This document shows positions 30,439 to 40,021 of a stretch of DNA of 64,000 nucleotides, in pieces. Both the position numbers and the translations under genes were made by a program. The stretch is from Dehalococcoidia bacterium. GTDB lineage: Bacteria > Chloroflexota > Dehalococcoidia > Lucifugimonadales > G963668185. The notes beneath the pieces were generated by a model. It saw only the letters and a list, made by a program, of their open reading frames with translations. It made no database searches and was not told the DNA's origin. The stretch's first letter is position 1, and each line of letters opens with the position of its first letter. Location: assembly GCA_965249225.1 (NCBI GenBank), contig CBDFLT010000009.1, forward strand, positions 159,593-223,592. Reading direction: 5' to 3'.

Positions 30439-31663
30439 GGAACCTCTGAATAACCCTTCATATGCTGGATTGAATTGATTGCAGGGGTAGTTCGAAGATG
30501 TTCAATTCTTTGCGATGGCCCATCAGGCTGTTGCGGCCCTAAATCGGGTCTGTTTGGGCTTCGAAAGCGGGCTCTGCCGGGGGCGTGTCGCCGCTATCAA
30601 CCTGATTTGGGCGCACTTCTCTCTCGTCACACCGCCAAGTGGCGCTCGGCTGTCATCAAGTTGGCAAACCCCAGCAGCAACGCCAGCCGTTGCGTGTTCT
30701 TGGCCAGTCCACGATACCGCACCTTGGCGTAGCCAAAGTGACGCTTCACATACAGGAACGGATGCTCCACCTTCGCCCTGACCGACGCCTTGCGCTTCTC
30801 CGCCAACGCCTCCTCGCTTTCAGGTGCTAGCTGCCGACGCCGACCGGGCTTCATCGCCACGCGCCACTCCACATCCAACTCTCGGTTCTCCTCCCGCTTA
30901 TCGACTCCCTGATACCCCGCATCGCCCCACACCCGCGTCTCTCCACCGTGTAGTAACCGGTGAGTTTCGGTCACGTCATGCACGTTCGCTGATGTCATAG
31001 CTACACTATGCACCACCCCTGTCTCTTCGTCCGCCCCGATGTGCACCTTCATACCGAAGCTCCACTTGTTGCCCTTCTTGGTCTGGTGCATCTCTGGGTC
31101 ACGCTCCCGGGCACGGTTCTTAGTCGACGACGGCGCCTCGATGATGCTCGCGTCCACTATAGTCCCCTCCCGAAGACGAAGCCCCTGAGTCTCCAGGTGG
31201 ACGTTGATGGTCTTGAACAGACCTTCGCCAAGATCGTGCTCCTCCAGCAAGTGGCGGAAGTTCAGGATCGTCGTCTCGTCAGGCAGAGGGCCCGACAGCC
31301 TCAGGCCCACGAATCGCCTCACCGACTCGACCTCGTATAGCATGTCTTCCATCCCAGGGTCGCTCAGGTTGTAGAACAGCTGCACGCAGTGTATGCGAAG
31401 CATCGCCGACAGCTCATACGGATGCCGGCCTCGGCCAGCCTCGGGATAGTATGGTCGAATGCGACTCTCCAACTGTCCCCACGGTATCAGACCGTCCATG
31501 CGCTCCAGAAACAGCTCCCGCCGAGTCTTGCGCTTCTTACACTCGTACTCCAGGTCCGCAAATGTCGGCTGGTTCATCTACTCTTGCTCCCGTCCTTAGT
31601 CAGTTCGTCTCCACTTGTCATGGTACTATGCCACCATAATCCACGGACTTGTTCAGAGTATCC
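30439..31663 (-). mobile_element. IS5-family insertion sequence, complete copy (1225 bp)
   Basis: Terminal inverted repeats GGAACCTCTGAA / GGATACTCTGAA (10 of the first 12 nt match, resembling the IS5 GGAAGGTGCGAA ends). Flanked by a 4-bp direct repeat CTAG at 30435-30438 and 31664-31667. Encodes a single transposase. Confidence 0.9.
30627..31577 (-). CDS. IS5-family DDE transposase
   Basis: 316 aa, strongly similar along its length to E. coli IS5 transposase as I recall it (TFADLEY, RPYYP..GRGRHPY, MLRIHC.Q..YNLSD, IIEAPSSTKN..RERDPEMHQTKKGN.W.FGMK.HIG, VEHPF...K..FG..K.RY.GL.KN). Confidence 0.9.
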   Translation of the reverse strand: MNQPTFADLEYECKKRKTRRELFLERMDGLIPWGQLESRIRPYYPEAGRGRHPYELSAMLRIHCVQLFYNLSDPGMEDMLYEVESVRRFVGLRLSGPLPDETTILNFRHLLEEHDLGEGLFKTINVHLETQGLRLREGTIVDASIIEAPSSTKNRARERDPEMHQTKKGNKWSFGMKVHIGADEETGVVHSVAMTSANVHDVTETHRLLHGGETRVWGDAGYQGVDKREENRELDVEWRVAMKPGRRRQLAPESEEALAEKRKASVRAKVEHPFLYVKRHFGYAKVRYRGLAKNTQRLALLLGFANLMTAERHLAV

Positions 31664-32686
31664 CTAGAATCCTCTTTGATATACCTGAAACCGGTTACGG
31701 GCGGTCTCCGTTACGTAGAGCCGTCCTTCTTCATCCAGTTTCACCGACGCCGGGCCACAGAAGTAGGGCTCAGTCTGGGATGAGACCAGGTACGGCGTGC
31801 TGTAGCGAGAAGACAACTCAGGCATAAGGTCGGCCTTGTCTCGGAGCGCCCTTTCCTCCGGGTTGCCGGCATAGTACTGCTCGGCCCACTTGGAGTTGGT
31901 GGCCTGGCCTCTCAACATCACGACGAAACCGCCATCCGGCCCCAACACCTGCACGCGTTCATTCCCCCAGTCGGCGACGTAGATGTACCCCTCCGGGTCC
32001 ACGGCTACCGAGGCGGGCCGGTGGAACTGACCGTCACCCTGTCCAGACTCGCCGAACTCGGCCAGGAACCGGCCATCCGGGGTGAACTTCTGTATCCGGT
32101 CGTTGCGCCAGTCGGCCACGTACACGTCGCCATGCGAGTCTAACGTGATACCCCACGGCAGGTTGAACTGGCCTTCACCATCGCCAAACTCGCCCCACTG
32201 AAGAAGATATTCGCCGTCGGAGGTGAACTTCTGGACCCGGTTGTTGTTCTGGTCCACGACGTACACGTTGCCCTCGGCGTCGAAGGCGAGCCCTGAGGGT
32301 CCGTCGAGCTGTCCGTCGCCTGTGCCGAGCTCCCCCCATCTACCCAGGTATTTACTCGATGACTCGAACACGCTGATGCGGTGGTTGTACTCATCGGCGA
32401 CGTAGACGCGCTCCCGGCTGTCCATGGCGACGGCGGCCGGCAGCCTGAACTGGCCGTCTCCATCGCCGTGGGAGCCGATCTCGTAGAGGTAGTCCTCGTC
32501 GAGGGTCAATACGCCGACCCGGGAAAAGAAGGGCGCGCCCCGATTCAGGAGGAAGATACGCCCATCCCTGCCAACCGCCAGATCGACGGGGTCCTTGAAC
32601 CCACGGCCGAGCTGTTCGTTGTTTACGAACCCGATGGTCTTCAGATAGGTCAGCGTGAACGGCTTGGTGGCGCCCTGTGTGCTCAA
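31664..32686 (-). CDS. NHL-repeat six-bladed beta-propeller protein
   Basis: Six repeats of the G.GDGQF..P.GVAVD..G.IYVAD..N.R(I/V)Q.F type. Confidence 0.8.
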   Translation of the reverse strand: MSTQGATKPFTLTYLKTIGFVNNEQLGRGFKDPVDLAVGRDGRIFLLNRGAPFFSRVGVLTLDEDYLYEIGSHGDGDGQFRLPAAVAMDSRERVYVADEYNHRISVFESSSKYLGRWGELGTGDGQLDGPSGLAFDAEGNVYVVDQNNNRVQKFTSDGEYLLQWGEFGDGEGQFNLPWGITLDSHGDVYVADWRNDRIQKFTPDGRFLAEFGESGQGDGQFHRPASVAVDPEGYIYVADWGNERVQVLGPDGGFVVMLRGQATNSKWAEQYYAGNPEERALRDKADLMPELSSRYSTPYLVSSQTEPYFCGPASVKLDEEGRLYVTETARNRFQVYQRGF

Positions 32687-32815
32687 TTCTTACCCTATTG
32701 ATCGTCAATTGAAGAGAGACGGCGTCCAATCACGATAATTCCAGCTGCTGGGTGCATGAGGTCCCATCGCGGGGACCCTGTGCCAGATACACGCCGGGGG
32801 AGACAGGAGGGATGG

Positions 32816-34258
32816 CTAGGCCAGCTGGTACTCTCTCATCGAGGCGATGAGACCGAGCAGCTCACCGACGCGTTTCTCGCTCGCGTCACCACGCTCATGC
32901 CCCTTCAGCGATAGGTCCCCTTGCTTCGCCGCTTGTTCGACCAGCGTGGCCCGCGTCTCCTCCGACACGTCGATCGGCCCCATCAGGTCGAGGCAGCTAT
33001 CCACCAGGTGCTCGGGCGAGAAGACGCCGCCGTTCTGAGACGCAAGCCTATCGATTATGGCCCGCACGCCGGGCTTTTCCACGTCTGACAACTCATCGGC
33101 GGCGAAGTTGACCCGCTCCACCAGCGACCCGCTGTTTATCCACTCGGCCCCCTCGTGCCAGCCCTCCACCGACGGCGGGTTCATAAGGGCCTGGCCCATA
33201 TAGGCGTTTATGTTCGCGAACTCGATCATATCCAGCGTGGGCCTGGTGACTCCTCCGCTGAGCCGCAGGGTCCCTACTACCATCTCTGCAGGGCCCTTCA
33301 CTCGCCCAAAACGTGCCTCATTCGACTTGAAGAAGTCGGAGTTGAACAGCGCCCGCAGCACCGAGCGGATCTCGTGATCGCTCTCCATGTAGGCGTTGGC
33401 TAAGGTCTCGATGGCGTCAGGGTTTCGGGGAGGGGTATGGGGCCACTGGGGCACCGGCGCCTCGTCGGCCACGAAGAAGTCGAACAGGTGCCGGGCGACG
33501 AACCGTGCCGTGGCAGGCTGACGGCATATGATGTCTATGATGTCCTCGCCGTTGAAACGGCCCGTCTCCCCCAAGAACGTCTTCTCTCCGTCATCGTGGT
33601 CGTAATCCCGATAGTTGAAATGGTAACCAAGGTGATTGTAGGGCCAGATGGAGTTCATGCTAGAGCGATACGACATATACTCGGCGTTGCCAACTGTCCA
33701 TCCGGTGAAGGCCCGGGCGCACTCCTTGAGGTCCTGCTCGGTGTAGTTGCCGACCCCCATCGAGAACAGCTCCAGCAACTCTCTGCCGTAGTTCTCGTTG
33801 ATAGCATCCCCGTGGTTCGTGTCGTTGTTGAGGTAGATGATCATGGCCGGGTCTCTCGACAGCTCCAGCAACAGCTCGTCGAACCTCCCCAGACCGTACT
33901 GCCGAAACATATCGACCTGACCCAGGACCGGCATGGTGGCGGTAATTGTGGAGTGACTTGTGGGGAGCACGCCGTGCCAAAAGAGGGCGATCTTCTCCTC
34001 CAATGGGCACTTGGTGGTTACCATGCGGTACTGCCAGTAAGCACCGATGGCGTTTTCCTCCACGTCGAACGTGCGGAAGTTCTCGTGGTAGCGTCGAATG
34101 ATGTCGTCCGGCATGTTCTGGGGGTCACCGGGATGGAGCAGCTCCTCTACCGCCGCCTCGTAACCCATCGCCTGGTAGTGCTCAAGCTCATCCCGCGTAG
34201 CCCCGAATCCGGCCCGACGCAGCAGATGCGCCGTCAGCGCGACATCTTTGTCGCTCAT
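32816..34258 (-). CDS. DUF1800 family protein
   Basis: 480 aa with N-terminal AHLLRRAGFGAT, typical of DUF1800. It is paired with a downstream DUF1501 gene, as is usual. Confidence 0.7.
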   Translation of the reverse strand: MSDKDVALTAHLLRRAGFGATRDELEHYQAMGYEAAVEELLHPGDPQNMPDDIIRRYHENFRTFDVEENAIGAYWQYRMVTTKCPLEEKIALFWHGVLPTSHSTITATMPVLGQVDMFRQYGLGRFDELLLELSRDPAMIIYLNNDTNHGDAINENYGRELLELFSMGVGNYTEQDLKECARAFTGWTVGNAEYMSYRSSMNSIWPYNHLGYHFNYRDYDHDDGEKTFLGETGRFNGEDIIDIICRQPATARFVARHLFDFFVADEAPVPQWPHTPPRNPDAIETLANAYMESDHEIRSVLRALFNSDFFKSNEARFGRVKGPAEMVVGTLRLSGGVTRPTLDMIEFANINAYMGQALMNPPSVEGWHEGAEWINSGSLVERVNFAADELSDVEKPGVRAIIDRLASQNGGVFSPEHLVDSCLDLMGPIDVSEETRATLVEQAAKQGDLSLKGHERGDASEKRVGELLGLIASMREYQLA

Positions 34259-34262
34259 AACT

Positions 34263-35411
34263 TTACTTCTTCAGGAAGTCGAACTGCTCGAACGTGCCGT
34301 TGACTATCGGCGCAGCCTCCAGACCCATCCACTGGTCCAGAAGCGTCGCGTACGTGCCCCGAAAGTCGTTGTTGGCTTGCCAGTCTCCGTCCAACTGGTC
34401 CTTCTCCTCTATCGATGGGTACTCTCCGTAAAACCCACCCTTCACCGACCCCCCTATCACAAACGACATTCCCCCTGAGCCATGGTCCGTACCCGACCCG
34501 TTGTCCGTGATCCTACGTCCAAACTCCGTGAACACCAGGATCGCTGTGTCTTCTTCTCTTCCTTGACCCTTCAGGTCGTCCATGAAGTCGCGTATCGCCG
34601 TCCCTAACTCTGTCCACAGCTTCGCATGTACCGACAGCTCAGACGCATGCGTGTCGTAGCTCCCGTGCTCCGCATAGTAGATCCGTGTTCCCAAGTCCGC
34701 CGTCAGCACTCGCGCTATGTCTCGCATACTCTGTGCTATTCCGTTGGACGCGTACTCCACGTTCGACTCGTACTTCTCTGGAGCCGTCCTCAGTATGTCC
34801 GCTCCCTTCAACGCTCCCGTACCTGTCTGTCCCAAAAACTCCATCACCGCATCACTACCCTCGGACGCTCCGTACATCTTCCCAAACGCCTCCAGTGCGT
34901 ACTCTCGCAACCACTGGTCCTGTACGTCCGGAAACAGTCCGTACGTCTCCAGGTTCCCCACCGACGCCACAGGTACCCCACTACAGTGCAGAGACCTAGG
35001 CAACCCTCGCCCAAAGTTCACTCCCGTCAGTACGTTCTCTCCCTTAGGGTCCAATTCCCTTATCGCCCTTCCCAACCACCCCTCATCTCCCACTTTCTCC
35101 GGCTCCGCCGTGTGCCATATGTCCATCGACCTGAAGTGCGATCGGTTAGGGTTCGGGTATCCTGTCCCCAGTATTATCGCCACCTTCCCCTCGTCCCATA
35201 GCTCCTTTATCGGTCCCATCGTCGGGTGGAAACCCACCTCGTCGTTTATCTTCAGCACTTCCTCCGCCTCTATCCGCACCGTAGGGCGATAGTCGTAGTA
35301 CAACCCGTTCGTGTACGGCACCACCGTGTTCATCGCGTCGTTGCCGCCCGATAGCTGCACTACCACCAAATTCCTCTTCTGGCCGTTGCTTCCGTTCCCT
35401 TTACTCCCCAT
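34263..35411 (-). CDS. DUF1501 family (sulfatase-fold) protein
   Basis: LVVVQLSGGNDAMNTVVP, SHF.S...W and TEFGRR...NGSGTDHG motifs. No obvious Tat signal. Confidence 0.7.
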   Translation of the reverse strand: MGSKGNGSNGQKRNLVVVQLSGGNDAMNTVVPYTNGLYYDYRPTVRIEAEEVLKINDEVGFHPTMGPIKELWDEGKVAIILGTGYPNPNRSHFRSMDIWHTAEPEKVGDEGWLGRAIRELDPKGENVLTGVNFGRGLPRSLHCSGVPVASVGNLETYGLFPDVQDQWLREYALEAFGKMYGASEGSDAVMEFLGQTGTGALKGADILRTAPEKYESNVEYASNGIAQSMRDIARVLTADLGTRIYYAEHGSYDTHASELSVHAKLWTELGTAIRDFMDDLKGQGREEDTAILVFTEFGRRITDNGSGTDHGSGGMSFVIGGSVKGGFYGEYPSIEEKDQLDGDWQANNDFRGTYATLLDQWMGLEAAPIVNGTFEQFDFLKK

Positions 35412-35598
35412 TTATCCGCTCCTTACTGGGTCTGTGGGTAGAGTTTACACCTGCCGGAGGCCGCGTCAAGACTGTGTTGGGATCAGGCGCTCCAGGGACA
35501 CGAACACAAGGCTCACGGCCTCGGACCCCTGAAGGCCGTTCGATTATATCATCTACGCCACAGATATGGAACCGAGGAGTCTTTCCCGCATCGCCTCT

Positions 35599-37038
35599 TT
35601 AAAGCGGCGGCGGTCGCCAGCCGCCCAGGTCCATCTCGATTCGTCGAGCAACCGCCAGCGCCACATCCTCGCGCCATGGCCCGGCTACGACCTGCACCCC
35701 GATGGGCAGCCCCTCGGCCGAGGTGCCACCCCGCACGACCGCCCCAGGCCAGCCGGTCAGATTATAGGCCATGGTGTACAGCTCCGTGAACCTGTGCACA
35801 GTTTGATAGGTACCATGTGGAATAGCGGGGTAGCCATGGACGGGACAGAGTATGACGTCATAATCACCCATGAAGGCCAGCATGGAGCTCCGGTACTCAT
35901 CCCAACGGACCATCATGGCCGTAAGCTCGGCGATGGACGTTGAGCTGTCACCCTCGTAGGCCAGCTCGTTTTCTATAAATGGATGGACCTCAGTGGTCCC
36001 TACGCTCTCTAATACCGCCCGGATGGCGGCGCCGCCATCCGCTCCGAACAGCCCCGCTCCAAACTCCATGGTTTCGTTGAGGGCTTCCGGCATGTCCTCT
36101 TCAACGCGCATGCCTGCGTCGGCCAGGGCCGAGGCGGCATCTCGAATGGCCGCGCTGGTCTCAGCCGTCGGCTTCACGTCGCCGACATCGGTATGGAAGG
36201 AGACCCGTAGGTGGCTTACGTCAACCTCATCGGCGTCGCCCAGGGACATGGGGACCACTCCCGGGTCCACACCGTCCACGCCTGCGATGACCGCCAGCAC
36301 CAGCGACAGGTCTTCAACAGACCTGGCCAGCGGACCGATGCCCCACATGGGCTTTTGCAGTCCGTCGGACCGCGGGAAGTGGCCGGTGGCTGGCACACGG
36401 CCCGTGTTGGGCTTAATTCCAGCGATGCCGCAGTAATGGGCCGGTTGACGAATGCTCCCGCCTGAGTCGCTGCCGATGCCAAAGGGCGAACCGCCGGACG
36501 CGATGATGGCCGCTTCGCCTCCGCTGCTGCCTCCAGGGGTCCGCGACAGGTCGTAAGGGTTATTGGTCCTCCCATAGATGAGGTTGTCACTCTCGCCCGC
36601 AAGGGACAGCTCGGGTAGGTTGGTCTTTCCCAGCAGGATCGCGCCTGCGCCTCGCAGCCGCGCCACCACCGTGGCGTCCTGCTCTGGAACAAAGGACGCC
36701 CTCCCCTTCGTGCCCCCCGTGGACACCACGCCGGCCGTCTCCAGGGCGTCCTTGATGGTCATGGGCACTCCGTGCAACCGGCCTTTGTAGTTTCCCTTCG
36801 CCAGCGCTGAGTCGGCCGCCCGGGCCTCGGAAAGCGCTCGCTCCGCAGTCACTACGACGACGGCGTTCAGCGCGGGGTTGACCTCTTCGATGCGGCGTAG
36901 GTGGGCGTCGACTACTTCCTCCGACGACACCTGCTTCTCACGGATCATCTTCGCCAGGGAGGTCGCCGATTCGAAGACCAGTTCGTCCATTTCACCACTC
37001 CCGATTTCCGGATTGTCCCGGAATGCTTCCGAGCTCAA
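35599..37038 (-). CDS. Amidase-signature family amidase
   Basis: 479 aa with the GGSSGGEAA signature and the preceding KD / GGS context. Confidence 0.85.
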   Translation of the reverse strand: MSSEAFRDNPEIGSGEMDELVFESATSLAKMIREKQVSSEEVVDAHLRRIEEVNPALNAVVVVTAERALSEARAADSALAKGNYKGRLHGVPMTIKDALETAGVVSTGGTKGRASFVPEQDATVVARLRGAGAILLGKTNLPELSLAGESDNLIYGRTNNPYDLSRTPGGSSGGEAAIIASGGSPFGIGSDSGGSIRQPAHYCGIAGIKPNTGRVPATGHFPRSDGLQKPMWGIGPLARSVEDLSLVLAVIAGVDGVDPGVVPMSLGDADEVDVSHLRVSFHTDVGDVKPTAETSAAIRDAASALADAGMRVEEDMPEALNETMEFGAGLFGADGGAAIRAVLESVGTTEVHPFIENELAYEGDSSTSIAELTAMMVRWDEYRSSMLAFMGDYDVILCPVHGYPAIPHGTYQTVHRFTELYTMAYNLTGWPGAVVRGGTSAEGLPIGVQVVAGPWREDVALAVARRIEMDLGGWRPPPL

Positions 37039-37257
37039 GCGGCGGCCGGAAATTATCCCAGAACCCGCACCGTTTGCGTCCCTCCATGCGGTCCTGCATC
37101 CGAGTTACCCCACCCCTGGCAACGAAGAGGGAAAGGAGACACTCACGGGGAAGCCATGCACAGGAACGGCAGGCTTGACAACGACATCGTCCCAAGGCTA
37201 CGGAAAACCCAGGAATGCAAAAGGGGACGACGCAGGGAGGCTACCTATCTCTATTCA

Positions 37258-37299
37258 AGAGGCCTCCCGGCGGTTTACCAACACACCCGGGAGGCCTCT
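37258..37299 (-). terminator. Strong stem-loop downstream of the solute-binding-protein gene
   Basis: Perfect 13-bp stem AGAGGCCTCCCGG / CCGGGAGGCCTCT with a 16-nt loop, 22 nt after the stop codon. There is no clear U-tract. Confidence 0.45.
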
Positions 37300-37320
37300 A
37301 TACAGACTCTTGAGCCTGCG

Positions 37321-38706
37321 TTACTGGCGGGTTGCCAGCCACTCTCTGAAGTTCTCTACCGCCTCAGGGTTCGCGTCCCGCCATCTCTCCATCGTCTCCT
37401 GACCAAGCTTGGCGGCCTCTGCGGGGGTCATATCCCCGGTAAAAATGCTACCGCCGGCAGGATAGAGCCAGTCATCTATCACAGGTGGACCGATGAACCA
37501 CAGCCCAAACGCCGACCCTTTTACGAAGGTCAGATCGTACCTGTCCTCGTCAAGGCCGGGTTTTAGCCACTCCCGCTCGAACCGCGTGCTCCCCATTATC
37601 GCCCCGGTGATGTCGTACTGGGCCCGCATGCGCTCGGACTCGTGCATCAAGGCGATGAAGTCCGCGGCCGCTTGTTTGTGGTCGGACCATTGGGTTACGG
37701 AGATGTAGTGGATGCCCAGGGGCTGTTTGGTCCCAAGGGCTCCATCCGTAAAGCGCGGGGTGAGCATCACACCGATATTGTCTCTCCCCATCGACCTCGC
37801 CCACTGCTCGATCGCGGACTCGCCGGACATGACCATCGCCGCTTTACCCTGGGGGAACAGGTCCCAGCCCACGTAACTCGGGATCGACATCACTTCATCA
37901 ACGAAGAAATCGTTGTCGATCAGCTCTTGTATGCGAGTCCACGTCTCGACGTACTCAGGGTCGTCCAGCTTGGCGCCACTGCCGAGATAAGCGTCGTACC
38001 ACTCCTGCGTGGTGTTCAGCCCTTGTGCCTGGATCATCATCCAGGGAAGGTCGACCAACCACTGGTCTTGCAACCCGAAGGCGATGGGCGTAATCCCGAT
38101 GGCGTTGAGCGCATCGCCGGCCGCCAGGAACTCGTCCCAGGTCTGTGGCGGATTATCGGGATCAAGGCCAGCCTGCTCGAACAGCAGTTTGTTGTAAGTC
38201 CAGTACATACCGACATTGTAGAGCGGCGCGGAGAAGGTTTCGCCCCGCCACGAGGCATATGCTTTCTGGACCGGGACGATGTCATCGAGCACCTCTGGGA
38301 TGAGATCGTCCAGTGGTGCAAGGTCGCCGTTCCACATGGAATCGAGCATCCAACCCGACGCCCAGAAGAACTGGAGATCGGGTCCCTCTCGCGCCGCCGC
38401 GGCGGCTATGGCGGTTGGAGTCAGGCTCTCCACGGTCTGCCGGACTAGTTTGATGTCGATGTGAGGATTCCGCGCCTCATAGATCTCGGCCGTGTCCTTC
38501 AGCCATCTCTCCCAACCAGGCAGCTCCTCTTCACCCCACCACCAAAACACGAGGTCGAACGACTCAGGAGGCTCAGGGGCCACCTCCACCTCCACGATCT
38601 TCTCCACAATCACCTCTTTGTCTTCGCCGCAGGCCGAGGCCAATAGCCCTAGTAGCCCCAGCCCGATGGCAAACGCCACCAAATGCCTGTATCGTCCACT
38701 AAACAT
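37321..38706 (-). CDS. ABC transporter extracellular solute-binding lipoprotein (family 1, sugar-type)
   Basis: Lipobox LLASACGE, about 460 aa, with composition and motifs (FWWWGEEE, FFWASGW) typical of SBP_bac_1. No permease or ATPase genes are adjacent. Confidence 0.7.
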   Translation of the reverse strand: MFSGRYRHLVAFAIGLGLLGLLASACGEDKEVIVEKIVEVEVAPEPPESFDLVFWWWGEEELPGWERWLKDTAEIYEARNPHIDIKLVRQTVESLTPTAIAAAAAREGPDLQFFWASGWMLDSMWNGDLAPLDDLIPEVLDDIVPVQKAYASWRGETFSAPLYNVGMYWTYNKLLFEQAGLDPDNPPQTWDEFLAAGDALNAIGITPIAFGLQDQWLVDLPWMMIQAQGLNTTQEWYDAYLGSGAKLDDPEYVETWTRIQELIDNDFFVDEVMSIPSYVGWDLFPQGKAAMVMSGESAIEQWARSMGRDNIGVMLTPRFTDGALGTKQPLGIHYISVTQWSDHKQAAADFIALMHESERMRAQYDITGAIMGSTRFEREWLKPGLDEDRYDLTFVKGSAFGLWFIGPPVIDDWLYPAGGSIFTGDMTPAEAAKLGQETMERWRDANPEAVENFREWLATRQ

Positions 38707-38928
38707 GTCCTTCTCTCCTTCTACTACAACTACTACAAAATCTTCAGCACTCGGGAGTTGGGATTCATAACAAAGCCGTGGATTCGTCGCAAGGTCTCAG
38801 CGCGTACAATCACGGTGCCAACCTTACCAGGTAATCCACCGGTGTCAAGCCTAGGATAACAAGGTACCTGTCACCAAACCCGCCGCTGACCTGGGACAGA
38901 CTAAATGTCCGCTCAGAGGCCGTGGTGG

Positions 38929-39954
38929 CTACCTGAAATGTGGCATTACCTTTTCACCGATAAGCCTCATGGACCGTTCGACATGTCGGGGGTCCATTTC
39001 CCCGGTGTCGAGGGTGGACAGCAGGTTGCGAACACCCAGGTCTCTCAACTCGGCGATCTGGTCGGCGGCCTGACCAGGTGTCCCCACGATGAACGCCTCC
39101 TGAAAGTCATGCTCCACGGGATCGATCGGCGGAGTGTGGACTCCGGCGGGGTTGTATTGCTCTAGGGCCTGGTGTTCGTGGGCCATCCGACGCCGATGGC
39201 CCTCCTCGGCCACCTCCCGAGCCTCGGAGTAATCGTCCGCCACGAACATATGTCTGGCCACCCACGTCTCATCGAGGACCCTTTCCGCGGTCTCTTCGGA
39301 CAGCCCCGCCTCTTGCATGGCCTCGTGGTATATTCCAAGCAGCCTGCTGATGTCCTCTTTCGAGTGAACCGCCAGGAGGATGGGACGGCCGACTTTGGCC
39401 ATGGCGACGATGGAACCTTCGCTCGAGCACGCCCGGACCAGCGGCGGGTGTGGCTTCTGGTAAGGCCGTGGCCGTAGCATGGGAAAGGCCACATGGAAAA
39501 ACTTCCCCTCGTACCGCAGGTTCTCGGTTGTCCACGCCTTCACGAGAAGGTCTTCGGCCTCGGCCAGGCGTTGCCGTCCCTCTTCCAGGGTCAGGCCGAA
39601 GCCGATGTACTCGTAGTGGTTGAAGCTGGAGCCTCGCCCGATGCCCACGATGAGCCGCCCATGACTCAGGTTGTCCAGAAGGGTGGCCTGAGCGGCCAAC
39701 CGCACCGGATGGTGCAGGGCCAACTGGACCACGGCGAACCCTATCTTCACCCGCTTCGTCCTGACGGCCACGGCGGCGCCGAATGTCAGGGGGTCGACGT
39801 AGGCGGTGGTGCCGTCGAAGTGGTGCTCGGTTAGCCACACCGCGTCGAATCCGACCTCCTCGGCCAGCTCCGCCTCACGCAATGCGCTGTCGATCACCTG
39901 CCCGTCGTTTTCCGGGTTTCGGCTTAGCGGGAACATGAAGGTCCCAAAGCGCAT
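38929..39954 (-). CDS. Luciferase-like (LLM class) flavin-dependent oxidoreductase
   Basis: MRFGTFMFP...GFDAVWLTEHHF, LGIGRGSS and PYQKPHPP motifs. Confidence 0.8.
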   Translation of the reverse strand: MRFGTFMFPLSRNPENDGQVIDSALREAELAEEVGFDAVWLTEHHFDGTTAYVDPLTFGAAVAVRTKRVKIGFAVVQLALHHPVRLAAQATLLDNLSHGRLIVGIGRGSSFNHYEYIGFGLTLEEGRQRLAEAEDLLVKAWTTENLRYEGKFFHVAFPMLRPRPYQKPHPPLVRACSSEGSIVAMAKVGRPILLAVHSKEDISRLLGIYHEAMQEAGLSEETAERVLDETWVARHMFVADDYSEAREVAEEGHRRRMAHEHQALEQYNPAGVHTPPIDPVEHDFQEAFIVGTPGQAADQIAELRDLGVRNLLSTLDTGEMDPRHVERSMRLIGEKVMPHFR

Positions 39955-40021
39955 GAGGCTCTCCTGGCGCTGGGCGGCTCTCAGACTTGTGTCAATGCCT
40001 TAAATCCACACGCGGTCCCGG

